64,000 bases of DNA. Origin: Octopus sinensis (Eukaryota). Positions 1 through 13,557 of the stretch are shown here, one piece after another. A model generated the notes under the pieces. It searched no databases. It was not told the origin of the DNA and saw nothing but the letters and a program-made list of their open reading frames with translations. The stretch spans positions 16,802,001 through 16,866,000 of the forward strand of contig NC_043002.1 of the NCBI RefSeq assembly GCF_006345805.1, in the 5' to 3' direction. A program made the translations under genes and the position numbers. The stretch's first letter is position 1. Each line of letters begins with the position of its first letter.

Positions 1-544
1 CTGTCTTTAGCTTTGCTCTACTCATTACGTGAACAATCTCCCTAAGAACTTGTATCAATTAAGTGGGTAATCCCATCTTTGAAGATGGGCCTTGTTAGTA
101 AGTCTAAAATACAGATTGGTTAATCCTTGTAAATTTATTTTACTGTTCAGCTCTCCAATTTCCCGACAATCAAATATATTGCTTAAAGCATGAGCAAAAT
201 TTACGATTTCAGCTACAAATCTTAAAATTCTATAATTATCACTTGAATTCGTTTTATTTTATTACGATTTCATATAATTTAATTATCTCCCTGTAGTATC
301 AAAAATATAGCCTGAAACAATTTAAAGCCTTCATATGTGTCTCTGATAGTGTTTTATTTTACTATCGTATTCTCATTTACAAGGCATTGGAGACGCATTC
401 CAATTCACTGGTAGTTGACATTTATTCCACACACTACGACCTCAAATGACCTCGAAAATTTTTCTCGGTATCTGACCCCCACACATCCCGTCAATTACCA
501 CAGCACGTATACTTCCTACTGCCCTTCCCTTAGAATAAACATAG

Positions 545-764
545 TCTCTTTTACTCTTTTACTCTTTTACTTGTTTCAGTCATTTGACTGCGGCCATGCT
601 GGGGCACCGCCTATAGTCGAGCAACTCGACCCCGGGACTTATTCTATGTAAGCCCAGTAGTTATTCTATCGGTCTCTTTTGCCGAACCGCTAAGTGACGG
701 CGATATAAACACACCACCATCGGTTGTCAAGCAATACTAGGGGGACAAACACAGACACACAAAC

Positions 765-797
<33 letters not shown>

Positions 798-969
798 CAT
801 ATATACGACAGGCTTCTTTCAGTTTCCGTCTACCAAATCCACTCACAAGGCTTTGGTCGGCCCGAGGCTATAGTAGAAGACACTTGCCCAAGGTGCCACG
901 CAGTGGGACTGAACCCGGAACCATGTGGTTGGTAAACAAGCTACTTACCACACTGCCACTCCTGCGCCT
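545..969 (-). mobile_element. Full-length tRNA-derived SINE with CORE-like central domain, internal microsatellite and (GAGTAAAA)n tail (family A)
   Basis: Minus strand reads AGGCGCAGGAGTGGCAGTGTGGTAAG (A-box-like), GGTTCAGTCCC (B-box-like), GGCACCTTGGGCAAGTGTCTTCTACTATAGCCTCGGGC (CORE-like), a (TA)/(TG) tract and a tail ending CAGTCAAATGACTGAAACAAGTAAAAGAGTAAAA. The same blocks recur many times in the window. Confidence 0.9.
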
Positions 970-1036
970 GTGTCTGTTTATATCGTTTTTACACAGAATT
1001 CCCATCTAGATGATAAGCCTAATATTTTGTATATAT

Positions 1037-1039
<3 letters not shown>

Positions 1040-1088
<49 letters not shown>

Positions 1089-1094
1089 TGGGTA

Positions 1095-1155
<61 letters not shown>

Positions 1156-1160
1156 CAGAC
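1040..1160. repeat. (GA)n and (GATA)n microsatellites
   Basis: Direct reading of tandem units. Confidence 0.95.
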
Positions 1161-2567
1161 AGATATTTTTGTCCTTATCATTCCAGGGAACTCATAAACA
1201 GAGATCTGCTAGGGATAGCAATTAGACATTTACAATGTCTGCTATTAGTAAACAAAACCTCTGCTAAATTTCTCTGTCTGAATGTCAAATAGGTGAAAAT
1301 ATATACCAAAGCGATTGCTTTTCAGTTTAACAATGATCCAACTCGTTGCCTGATCAACTGCAAAAGTTGCGGAAAATTTACTCGGAAACACCAAGTGTAA
1401 ACCTTTAGATTGTTAGAAAATTACTTCACTGAGGAATGGTCGCTTCAACTCTGGTATAGTACTGCTTCCGTGGAACTCGTGAGTAAAAAATATACAACAT
1501 GAGCATCGATACACTTGAATTGCTTGAATATGAAAGTATCAAATATACGAGACGATATATTAAAATTGGAGAGAAAAGAAAGAGGGTGACGAATGGCTTT
1601 TCCGTTTACTTTGCTACAAATAATTTATAATAAATCCAACTTCGATAGATTATGTATTACCATTGGCAGATCTCTGCTTATGAGTTTTCTCGCCAGTCAT
1701 TGATGTTAAAGACTAAATGGGAAAAAACTGCGTGGTAAGAAGGAAAGAAAACAAGAAGTATAAAAGTCATCGATATGGATAATGTATGGAAGTCCACGAG
1801 TATAAAATGCTTTGTTTTACAGAAGAGAGGGAGCATACATACAGAAGTGTTAGGAAAATGAATGAGGAGACATGAAGACTGAAATGATTTCATAAAACCA
1901 CAATTGCATAACTGTTGAAGTTACGTAATCAATCCAGCAGAAAAGGGCTCCAGTCTTTGAGGAGTCGTTCAAATTGCTGAAATTCAGAGATACTTAAAAA
2001 GACTACAATTTAACATAGGCAACGGTAAGATAGCTAGTTAGGAAACATCCGCGACTATTTTCACTGATATGAGCAGTATGGTAGAGCAAAGAATGCAACT
2101 TTCGAAATTGGTAATCAAGAGTCGATATTTCGTTACGAATTAGAGTTAACGGATAAGCGTATAAAGAACTTTTCGGTGAAATACTTGTTTTAGGCTCCGC
2201 AACGCAATTAAAAATTATTTAGATCACTATTATAAGTGGAAATTTACATTTCATACGAATACATATTGCTACATAGCAGAATGCAAAACAGTAAATATAG
2301 TATCCATTAGTGGTGGCATACCAAAGTTCAATACAATTTACTAATATCATGGAGTTCCGCATTGACTATAAATAGAACGGGAATGTGAATTTCTCTCCAG
2401 TGTCGCAGCAACGTTCGCTGCGTGTGGATGTATGTCGCACATGTGTGAAGTATTCTGCTTTGTACCTTGAACTTAGGCCATTGTATTGAAATTAATGGTG
2501 TAAAATTTAGTGTTTTTACATTTAGTAAAGACTCACAAGCCAATAACTCGTCATGATATTGAAAGCT

Positions 2568-2757
2568 CATCTTATTAACGATCTCGACGGAAAAACCATC
2601 GTGCCTCGAGGAATTTTGGCCTGATTCATTGGAGACTAGAGCGATGTGAAACACTAAGCGTTGTGAAATGTAATCAAATCCCATCAGTAGACAGAAACGA
2701 TCTCAGCACTGATCGAAAATACCTTATTGATATTCACCAGTCTATTTCTGAAGGGGC
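2568..2757 (+). pseudogene. Duplicated fragment of the adjacent hAT-like transposase
   Basis: Aligns by eye with 3868-4068 (shared CCATCAGTAGACAGAAACGATCTCAGCACTGATC and CCAGTCTATTTCTGAAGGG); translates HLINDLDGKT...DLSTD. Confidence 0.8.
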
Positions 2758-3086
2758 ATGCTAACATGTGTTTTATTTGAACGAGAAAAAGAAAAAAATG
2801 TTGTTAAGATCCTTCAATTAAACAATTTGTCAAGATTGTGACAGAGAGTCAGTTAAATCGAAAACCTTAGACTTTTATCTAAAGTACCAAACATTACTAA
2901 GATCTGTGAAAATTAGGAAAAATATGCTATCGTTTCAAACAAAGTGAAATGTGTTTAACAACAATGCAACAAAATATTTATTTGACATTTCATTTGCAAC
3001 TCCTTTAAAAAGTGCAGTTGTAGTAGAGACAAAATGTACATCAGAGTGAATAGGATTTTATACAGGATCAACGGACAAAACGAAAA

Positions 3087-4600
3087 ATGATCATCGGCAG
3101 AATAGATCAAGCAGTATCTAAAGAGAACGATCAGAGGTTGATTAGAAAGAATGGATCAAATCACAGTCGCTCTTGTACACCAGCAAAGGATTCTGAGCTG
3201 ATAGCTGGAAATGTGTCAGCTGCCGAAGCTGAAGATGTTCCAATCCCATTTGCTATGAAACGAAAAGGCGTCAGCAAAAACGTAAGTTCAAAAATACCAA
3301 TAAAATGAATGAAGTTCCCAGAACTAGCTTCTACCTGTGACCGCACCGGTGTGTCAAACCGTGCTGCTGCTCTTCACACAAGTTCGTTGATCAGCGACTT
3401 AATTGAAAGTACATCTGGTGAATGTTCTTTCGTTGTAGACAGATCGAAGGCAAGACAGGAATGATCCAGAAAACGTAAATTACTGCAGCAGGATGGTAGG
3501 CCACAAAAACCATTGTCTGCCATGTATTTTGATGGAAAGAGGGGCACAACCCTCTCAGTCAACAAATCGGAAAATATTTCGTAAGAAAACAATTCAAGAT
3601 AATCCATTTCATTGGTAGGAGAACCCGAGCCCCGCTATCCTGGGGAATTAGTTGTTAAAATTGGTCTGCAAACTCATTTCCAATGGTTTGTTGAACTATT
3701 TGGAAACCAATAAGATAGTAACCACTCACATGGTAGTTGTAGGTTACGATGGTACTGCAGACAATACAGGACGAAAAGGAGGCACCATTAGACTTTTGGA
3801 GGATAAATTGAAGAAGCCATTGCATCGGTTTGCGTGTCAGCTTCACGCAAATGAACTTCCGTTATGCCATATTCTTAACGATTTCGACGGAACAACTACC
3901 GAGCATCGTGGATTTTTTGGCCCGATTGATAAGAGACTGGAGCGATGTGAAAAACTAAGCATGTGAAATTTACTCAGATTCCACGGACTTACCATCAGTA
4001 GACAGAAACGATCTCAGCACTGATCAAATATGCCTTGTTGAAATCTACCAGTCTATTTCTGAAGGGAAATGATAATCTGAAATGGTATTAAGGTATCCCT
4101 GTAAAATGGCGCATTCTCGATGAGTTACAACAGGAGATCGTATGCTAGGGTTGTATGCTATCGCCGAGTATTCTTCAAACATGAGGAAATTAATCTTTGC
4201 TTACATAATACACGTTTATGTGCGAATGTGGTTCACAAATAAACGCAACTCTTCCCCGGAAAATGGGGCTCTAAATGTGTTCGAGACGACAGAGTCTTTG
4301 AGAGAAATGGATCAAGCAGTACAATACTTTGTATTTCCAGTTATACAACGGAATGTTTTCTTCATGCACCTAGAACATATTTTACTGCCTATGATAAACG
4401 ATGAACGAAGCCACATTCGAGAACTAGCATCCGAGAACTACTGAGCCACACTCAAGCTGTGGATTGATGCGTAAAATGTTCTGACAGAATCATCATCTAA
4501 TGTTTGTAGTGAGAAGAGTCGAGACGGTTTTATTAGGAGTCAAATAGAATCAAGAGAAAAAAAAAGCAGTGTTCAAGACTAAAAAAGGATTTCAAATTGA
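3087..4600 (+). pseudogene. Decayed hAT-superfamily-like (hATm/hATx-type) DDE transposase
   Basis: Stitched frames give, in order: CDRTGVSNRAAA, MYFDGK, ISLVGEP, VGYDGTADNTGRKGGTIRLLEDKLKKPL, CQLHANELP (CxxH motif), DLSTDQ, KMAHSR*VTT, HTQAVD*CVK, RDGFIRSQIESR. Multiple stops and frameshifts. Subfamily assignment is from memory of these motifs. Confidence 0.75.
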
Positions 4601-7000
4601 AAGGTAATACAGAATATTTAATTGGAATTCATTACTTTCTGCTACTTTGAACACAACAAACAATTAGCATTATCTCATTTTTAGGAATTCCCAGAACAGC
4701 AAATCTTTGACAGTTCTTTTCTTTATTTCAGAGTGAGATGCTAATTCTCGTCAACGCAAAAATTAATTGGCTTTATTACTGGAATGAAAAGGAATGCACT
4801 ACAACGATTCGTACTATTTAGTTACATGGAATTATTTCGAATGAATCAGAAATGTTAATTATTTTTATCACCAACATGATTCACGGATTAAAAATTGGTG
4901 TATACATAAGTATATTTTAATGTGTGTGTAATCTAGACCTCATGTAACACATATTCAGTGATCTAGTATTAAAATAATAAAGAAAACAAAGTCGCAAAGT
5001 TTATTCATTTCATATAATTTCGAAATTTCAAGCGCACTGCGAAGCTTGAAGATATAAATTTAAGAGCAGTTTGTGGTTTTAGCTCTTGTTTTCAAAGGGT
5101 TTTGCCACAGAATATGGATTCGTAACAATGAATGTAAAAAATAAAATGAGGAACGGCAAACGTCTTATAAATTGAATTTTCGCTCATTATTCAAAATTTC
5201 AAGTACCTTTTTCGCTCTACCCTAATGTGCAGCTTCTATGCCAGACTGAAAGATTTATAAGGACTTCAATAGGGGGTGCATTATACATAAGAAAGCTAGT
5301 GGAAAACAAAATACCAAAGCATTTACAGATCACTTGTACTAAGTGTCCAATGACTCAGGTATTGCTAAATGGGAATCCCTAGAAAATTTTAAAATAACAA
5401 TATTGATTTGTCAATGGATGAGTTCTTCGTAGCATCCCGGTCTCCATCAGAGGGGAAATCAATTTAAGGAAAACGATTCCTTAAGTGGACGAAAATGAAA
5501 GTGACTAACCCTTAAATGTCTTCAACTTTTGAACCTTGATTCGTAGGAGGATTGTCATGGTCCAAATGACTTCAACTTCGCAATAGAAAATTCCAATAAA
5601 ATTATTACTCTAGTGGTTTTAAATGATAGTTCTAGACACTAAATCATTGATCAGAAGTAAATTGTTATTGTCTGGTTCTGATACGACAAGTTAGTCATAG
5701 GATTTTTATTCCTCATACGCTCAGCTGTAAAAGAAATATCATCAGGGATTTCCATGCTTAACGTTGGTAGCAACAACAGAGATTGTAATTGTCTGCTCTG
5801 CAAAACTAACGTGTGATTCATTAGCATTGCTGTCGTAAGCTGTTTTAAAGTTCAATCGACCTTATATTTCATTCGAATAGGTAATGAAAACAAATCATAT
5901 ATAATGATTTTATTATAAGAAACTTAAACCAATTCCTTTTTTCGTTCAAAGAAAATGCGGTTATTTCGAAAGTTTACTATAAAACAATAAGTGTTAGCAA
6001 TCTCAGTTATTGGTATCTAATTGTGTACGTTTTCTCTTTTCTTTCTTTGCATGTAGAACATGTCACTTCACACGTGTGACTACATAATGGGCGCTACAAA
6101 TAACTTGGTTATAGATCAGAAAGTGTGTGGTGGCGCAAAGAAATTCCCTTGTATAAAGGCAAAACTTTCTTCACGTTCCTCTAAACCGGCGTTGTTATAG
6201 AAATGGCTAACATCACAAATATCCATTATATATACAAAACATGACGTTTTGTGTGAATGAATAGAAATGAAGAGTAATAATCACGGAAATAGTTTATATA
6301 CTACAACACCACTTCACAGGTCATTTGGTCTTGCGAATGAAAGCAGCGGCACCTTCAGTATACATACGGTCCACTCACTGAGATGCTCGAGTTAATTATT
6401 CAACGATTTCGTTTCACAAAAGAGAATTTTTTTTCTTTCTTTGAACTTGTAATGTTAGCTCATTATGCGTCTAAGGTGAAATCTTGCGTCTTAGTGTGAT
6501 AAAGTATCGTAAAGTGTCCATCAGCTGACACTTTACTGGCAGCTGTCATAAACACCGAATATATTAACAATGGAAATCCATTTTGTTGTATGATAATTTC
6601 ATTGATTATTCAAATTCAACTGAACATACATTTACATCAAATAAATGGTCTACCTAAAATAATACGAGTCGTAATATTCGTTTCGTTATTGATTTGAAAA
6701 ACTAGTAAAATTTTATGAAGATTAAATAGTCTTCTTATGAGACGAAGAAAAATGTATAAGGTTATGGTTTATTTCAAATAATATACACTCATTCACAAGA
6801 ATACTACATCTTTATTGCTATCATTCTTCGGTGGTTTACCATTATCAGGCTTCTGTGAGTACATTTGCTCATAGTCACAAACAGATTAAACCTAATCACA
6901 CACAAAAATAACCTTACAAACGCATTCCCACACGCAGATACAATCAATGAAGAACATACGTAAAAAAGATAGAAAAATATACAAATACATAAAGATACAC

Positions 7001-7064
7001 ATATAGATATATAGATAGATAGATAGAAAGATAGATAGATAGGTAGATAGATAGATAGATAGGT

Positions 7065-7107
<43 letters not shown>

Positions 7108-7128
7108 TAGATAGATAGATAGATAGAT

Positions 7129-7185
<57 letters not shown>

Positions 7186-7204
7186 GTAGATAGATAGGTA
7201 GATA
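7001..7204. repeat. (GATA)n/(TA)n compound microsatellite, left flank of the Tx1-like insertion
   Basis: Direct reading. Confidence 0.95.
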
Positions 7205-8519
7205 AGTTTCTTTATTGGCCACACGGGGCTGCACACAAATGGGACAAGTTACAAGGTAGAGCTTTTCTTTTGGGGGAGAAAAAAAAGGTGGCGTAGGTTT
7301 TCCATCAAAAGGGATCGTAAAAGGAAAAAAAGAACAAGGAAAAAGAAAAAAAGAAAAAAAAGGAAAAGAAAAAAAAGGAAAAAAAAAAGGAAAAGAAAAA
7401 AAAGGAAAAAAGGGAAAAGGAACAAAAGAAAAGAAAATGATAAAGAAGAAAAAAGAGGAAAAAAGGGGAAAAGGAAAAAAAAACGATCAATAGGGATCGT
7501 GTATCACAGTGTCATGATGTATGTTGTAAAGGGGAAAGCAAATAAGGTTTATCCGTGGGAAAAAAAAGCCTACGAAAAAGACCACGGTAACCTTGGTCAA
7601 TATTGTTATATGTTACCACATTTGTTTGCAACTGGGTAACCCTCTGTTTTCAATTTCTGGGTTCACAGGATTATGCTCAAGGTGCCGTCCTTGCTACATT
7701 CACCCATCTTTTTTAAAACGTTCACTAGACAAAACTTGCCTCTCTACTCCCACTTTCCTTTTCACGTGGTACTTGAAGAAGTTGATGAGAGGTTGACCAG
7801 AGAGGAAAGTGTTTGTCTCCAATCCTTTCAGACGTGTCCACCAGATACATTCTTTCGCCATAGCCACAAGGATGATGAAAATAGCTCTTCCTTCCCGTTT
7901 GAAGGAAGGGGGCGTGACAATATTGACGATAGACTCAGCTGATAAACCGGCTCGTCCCACACGTGACAGCATTTGTTCGACATAAGCCCACAGGTCGGAA
8001 ATTGTTGGACACTGCACGAGTGCGTGCAGAACGGTTTCGTCGCTCTGACCGCATCTCGGGCAGGTCGGCCCCGTGTTTCTCGAGCCGTGTCTGTAGAGCT
8101 TATCCCGAACGGGTAGCGCTTCTCGGTAGCACTGACAGGCCAGGGATCTCTGGAAGTTGTCCATGGGCCCTGGCCCGAAAGTCGCCCCGAACAGGCGGGT
8201 CAGGTATTCCTCGTCGACGTCCAGGTTCGCCCCGAGCTCGTCGTCGTACCTCCCCTCCACTAAACCCCTATAGAATGCTTTGACCCAGGACGGCAGAGTT
8301 GCTTGAGAGCAACGCGAGACTCGCGGTGCCATTCGCCCTTTCTCGGCCTCTTTTTGATCCACGATTGCAGTTCGGTCATGGAGACGAGCTGCGGGAGAGC
8401 GTGCCTCACAAACGGCGACCACACCTGTTCATCGTCGTCTGCGAAGGGCCTGAGATGTCGCAGTCTCAGCGCGTGTCTGCAAATCATCAACCACGGCATG
8501 CCCAGTCCTCCTTTTAACG
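7205..8519 (-). mobile_element. 5'-truncated L1/Tx1-clade LINE (ORF2 C-terminus plus 3' UTR)
   Basis: The 5' end reads PLKGGLGMPWL...ALRLRHL, typical of post-RT L1/Tx1 sequence. After a frameshift near 8290 comes the zf-RVT-type finger CPRCGQSDETVLHALVQC. The 3' UTR has a long pyrimidine tract and AATAAA just before the end. Flanked by a 24-bp duplication (7181-7204 and 8520-8543, one mismatch). Confidence 0.85.
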
Positions 8520-8740
<221 letters not shown>

Positions 8741-9399
8741 TCTATTTATGAATAGACGGATATTTGTTTCATTTTATATTTTCATATGTATAGATATCAA
8801 TTATAAAAAAAATTGAGGACTTGATGAAATAAAGATGGGTGTATTGGTTTTTCTCTTAGAGGGCAGATGAGCGTATATGTGTGAGTATGTGTGTTTGCTC
8901 GTGCGTGTCGTTGTCTTTATAGATATATATGTATAACATGTGGGTGTGTGTGTGGGGGGCATGCTTGAACAATGGTAAGCATATCTTCACATGAAACTAT
9001 TAATTGCTGTGTTAACTCCATAATAAAAATAGTATATATCCAGCAATGCGATATTGAACCCTAAATTACACTGTTCGATGACAGTATATATATTTGTGTG
9101 CATATATAAATATGTGTGAGTGTATGTGTATATATGTGTATGTGTGCGAGTGCGTGAGTGTGAGTGTGTGAGTGTGTGTTTGTGGGTTTGCCTGTGGGTG
9201 TGATTATGAATCTGTGTTGCAAGTTTTCTTATGTAAAACTGTGTATTGGAACAGATACTGTTTTATTTCAGGATAGTAATTTTCCTTTTGGCCTCTTATC
9301 TATCTCTTTTATGTCTCTTTTGCTTGTTTCAGTCATTTGACTGTGACCATGCTAGAGCACCACCTTTATTTGAGTACAGCAGTGTTTGCTTCCACACCC

Positions 9400-9526
9400 T
9401 GCCGGAGCCTTGTGGAGCTTCAAGTGTTTTCGCTCAATAAACACTCACAACGCCCGGTCTGGGAATCGAAGCCGCGATCCTATCACCGCGAGTCCGCTGC
9501 TCTAATCACTGGGCCATTGCACCTCT
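9400..9526 (-). mobile_element. Partial tRNA-Arg-like SINE (family B), next to a family-A tail fragment at about 9315-9370
   Basis: Reverse complement matches the heads at 15653 and 26823 (GCAATGGCCCAGTG...GGACTCGCGG...TTCGATTCCCAGACCGGGC). Confidence 0.85.
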
Positions 9527-9916
9527 ATTCATTTTTTAAAAATTTTCCCAAATAAACATACGCACCATATATTCGTTCTTCACGCGTTCATTACTGTTGC
9601 TATTTTAACTCACATCCATTGTCTGGAAATCTTTCGTCACTCATCTATGACCTCTTCAATGACACTTTCCGACCTTGTTTGTGCTCCTACTCCTGCTCTG
9701 TTTAGTCTAGTCTGTTGCTCTATGATATCACACTCGTTTTCATACGAGAAATATATCCAGAAAATGAAAATAAAATTCTTGCAAAACGGAACGACATTAT
9801 GTATTATTCTTTTAAATAAGGAGCTACGAGTTTTAGCCATTGTGTAAAGACCACTTTAGACATGATATAAAGCCATTGTATAAAGATGCTGGAATAGATG
9901 GAAAACAAACTGAATT

Positions 9917-10178
9917 AACGTAAAGTGTACTAACCATCTGAATGTGGCTAGCCACTGGGGGTGGGTGTTACTTTGACGAGAGGCAAAAACCTTGAAACTA
10001 TAGTCCGTATGTATCACTTAGGTTTTCGAGGGAGGATGACCTCCCTTTGCAAATATCATAAGGGCACAGAAATTGTGTCTAAGGCCAGCTGGAGACATCG
10101 ATCTCCTGGGGCTAAAAGCGTCAGTAACACCCAGCCCCAGTGGCTAGCCACATTCAGATGGCTAGTACACTTTACGTT
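9917..10178. mobile_element. MITE-like foldback element with about 60-bp terminal inverted repeats
   Basis: 9917-9978 is the reverse complement of 10119-10178 with 2 mismatches and one 2-nt indel; no coding capacity. Confidence 0.7.
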
Positions 10179-11522
10179 GTCGAGCGGTTAATGTTTACAT
10201 CTCGTTCGGAGATTTATTAAAACTGAATTAATTTAAATTGAATTAGACAATCATAATAACAGTGTCGGACGTTCACCTTTGCAGCCAGTTAACAGCAATA
10301 GCCTCTCAATGAAAGTAGTAAGATGTAGGTCTGTAAGTGTTGTGAGAAGGAAGCAGCAGCAGTTAGGTTTTACAGTTGCTTATAAATATATTTCATCTCG
10401 TTAGTAGTATATCTGATATTGTCTTATAGCAGTTGATCGTGTATTACATATTACTACTCGTCGTATGGCTCCAGTAAGTGTTGCTGCAGTATTGTTAGTG
10501 GTGGTTATTGTTTATTTTTTCTCCACCACAGTCATATAGACTCGGTTGGCACTTGCTAATGAAGTATATTACTTTATAATTGCAATGGCGTTGAGTTGCT
10601 TTATCAAAAAAATTATAAACAAGAAAACCTAAATTTAGGCTGTTTCTTACCTGCCCATACATCTATATTTTAATTGGGCCCTATTTTCCCGTATTCTCAT
10701 ATATTAATTTACGGGCTATGCAGGATCATTTGTTAACGTAGAACTTTACTTCTTATCTCTAATGTATTGCTAGGAAACGTACACACCATGTTAATAAATA
10801 CATTACATTGTCCGTTGCACATTCGAATAATTATTTATTGTAAAGGGCTCTCCTGGTTTCAAATGCGTCTGTGATCCATCTTTCAGATTAAAATATACTA
10901 GCACTATGACCCGGAAACGCCAGGTCATAGTGCTACTGCTTGCATATACAGCTGAGTGCGTGCGCACATACACGCGAGTACTGTCCAAATCTCCACCAAT
11001 CACATACAGCTAGGTTGCATTCAATTAGCCTATCAAGTTTCGGGCATTTTGATTGGGTTTTGGATTGAAAATTCACAAAAAAGTCACTTCTATTGATTTT
11101 TTAATGGCTTTACGTGGTGACTGGGGAAATGCAAAGATGTGCACGACCACCCTTGGCCGGTTTTGAATGCCCATAGAAAGTGCGAGCCCTCTAACTGAAA
11201 AATTGTGGATGTGTATAAAGGACACGCACGCAGACAAATAGTTTCTCCTGTCATAGTATTTTTTCATTGAATTTGGTTCTCCTTTACTCATCATAGTGAA
11301 GCTTGTTCGGAGGATTTAGCTTCTTAGTTAAAAATACACATATTGTCATTCTACTTCACTTGATTAAATTCTTTAAACAAATTCCTATTTTACATATCTA
11401 TATCACTCCCAGACCATCTAGCTACCACTCCCCCTCCTTTCTCGCTTTCTTTACACAGTCACATATTTATATATATATATATCGAATTTTAATCCTTTTT
11501 TCTTATATATGTATATATATAA

Positions 11523-11584
<62 letters not shown>

Positions 11585-12119
11585 CTATATATTGGTTTAT
11601 ATCTCTTTTATTTATCTATGTATCTATCCATATATCTATCTAACTATCTATATGTCTAACAATATATGTGTGTATGCACCTTGTATAACACACCTTTAAA
11701 ATCTTTTCCTTTTAATTAACTAAATTTAAGTTTATTTTGTAAGTGTGCCTTAATTAGCTAGTTATAGAATAAATGATGTTCATTCCTACACAAGGAAATT
11801 TTGATAGTAGTAGTTTACATACGGCATTACTGTTAAAATCTATTCTAATGAGTTGTTTTCATGATTGATTCGACCGATTATGTATATACATACAAATTTC
11901 CACTAGATTCACTGCAATAATATAACGTATTGGAGATAATCACTTAATATATATTCAGCTCTTACTTACGGTGGAAAGAAATCTGGCATCTTATTCATAC
12001 GCATGTGCACACAAACGCACACTTATATATAAATATTTCGATGTCTTATTCTTCATAATATTAAATGTATATTTATATGCATACATATATGTTTCGATTT
12101 CTAGCTGGCTTTCTCCCCG

Positions 12120-12360
12120 CGTCTTCTTTTTTCACTCGTTGCTCACACGTGACCATCGCCCATCTTACTTTTCCTCACGTGACCATATTTCTTTCCCTGT
12201 AAGGACGTCTCCTCTCTCTCTCTCTCTCTCTCTCTCTTCTGTCTGTTTCTTTTTTCAGACAAAATATTGCTCTCGGCGTTCAATATTTTCCCCTCGTTCT
12301 GGTCTAACGACCCTCCACGTTTCTTTTCGGTCGGTTTCCTTGTATGTCCCCAATGTCCTA
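12120..12360. repeat. Degenerate repeat resembling Penelope-like terminal repeats
   Basis: CACGTGAC motifs, a CT-rich tract and CTCCACGTTTC, resembling the element at 56.3-56.9 kb. Confidence 0.35.
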
Positions 12361-12494
12361 TTTCTGTTCCCAACTTTGAACCTCCATAAATCCAAAATTA
12401 TATTTTGGTATTACTGGAGCAACTGCATTCGAAGACTCATATTGTTGTTGATTGCTCGAAATGGGGAGCAGATGGGCAGCCTACATATATGGGC

Positions 12495-12626
12495 AGCCTA
12501 CACAAGTCTTTCGTCGGCCCGAAGCTATAGTAGAAGACACTTGCCCAAGGTACCACGCAGTGGGACTGAACCTAGAACCATGTGGTTGTTTAGCAAGCTA
12601 CTTACCACACATCCACTCCTGCGCCT
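12495..12626 (-). mobile_element. Family-A SINE, head and CORE-like part
   Basis: Near-identical to 845-969. Confidence 0.9.
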
Positions 12627-13319
12627 ATATATAAATGTATGTTAAGTAGCTTTTATTTTAATGACGAATATTCCATACATAATGTTAAACTAGTATTTCC
12701 GGCTGCAATATATTGTGGTGCCAAAATCATACAGTAAATTGGAGTTCCAAATGTAGTTTTGTTCTCATCCACATATTGCAAATAGTTGGAAGACGGATTC
12801 CCGTTTAGAATTCCATTTTGCTTTCTAGGAGAATATGTTTTTCTATTTATATAATTAAAAAGGTGTCTTGAATGTAAATCAGATATTCAGTAATGCAAGA
12901 CACACACCAAGTGCTAGTTATGTGTGCAGTGGGAAGCAATATGATGAAACACCGTGAGCTCTCTAGCTGACATCAACCACTTCATAAGCAACTTATCTTT
13001 TGCGTTAAAAGACTGTTATGCTTTGGCTAATATTATTGGCAGCCATTACTGTGGCTAGCGGAATTAGGCTCTGGCAGCCACTTATGGAACATTACTCGTT
13101 CTCCCATCTGAATTATGAACATATTAAACACAGGCGCCAACTTGTTCATACGTTTAAATATGATATTAATGCAAATTGTATACCAGTAAATATGGTATAT
13201 ATTCTCAGTATCTATCTTATTCTCCTGTCATTCTATCCACTTATCAATACACACACATACATATGCGTGTGTGTCAGTATATGTATGTGCATTTGCATGT
13301 GTGCGTAGGTATTTATGTA

Positions 13320-13557
13320 AAGGCGGCGAGCTGGCAGAAACGTTAGCACGCCGGGCGAAATTCGTAGCCGTATTTCGTCTACCGCTACGTTCTGAGTTCA
13401 AATTCCGCCGAAGTCGACTTTGCCTTTCATTCTTTCAGAGTCTATAAATTAACTACCAGTTACGCACTGGTGTCGATGTAATCGGCTTAATCCGTTTGTC
13501 TGTCCTTGTTTGTTCTCTCCCTGTGTTTAACTCCTTGTGGGTAGTAAAGAAATAGGT
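13320..13557 (+). mobile_element. tRNA-derived SINE with Meta/MESC-like central domain (family C)
   Basis: AAGGCGGCGAGCTGGCAGAA head, GAGTTCAAATTCC B-box and central GTCGACTTTGCCTTTCAT...AAATTAA.TACCAG block. Candidate 15-bp TSD TAGGTAT(T/G)TATGTAA. Domain name is from memory. Confidence 0.85.

Noticed and set aside
1250-2200. Possible decayed LINE RT (FNSGIVLLPW, VIDMD words)
   Set aside because: The motifs are too few and too degraded to separate from chance without a search.
10465-10560. 31-aa ORF resembling a signal peptide (MAPVSVAAVLLVVVIVLFF...)
   Set aside because: Very short, arises from GT-rich low-complexity sequence, and has no supporting structure.
10990-11225. CCAAT boxes in both orientations and a TATAAA-like word (possible promoter)
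   Set aside because: Such short motifs are frequent in AT-rich DNA, and no downstream gene is identifiable.
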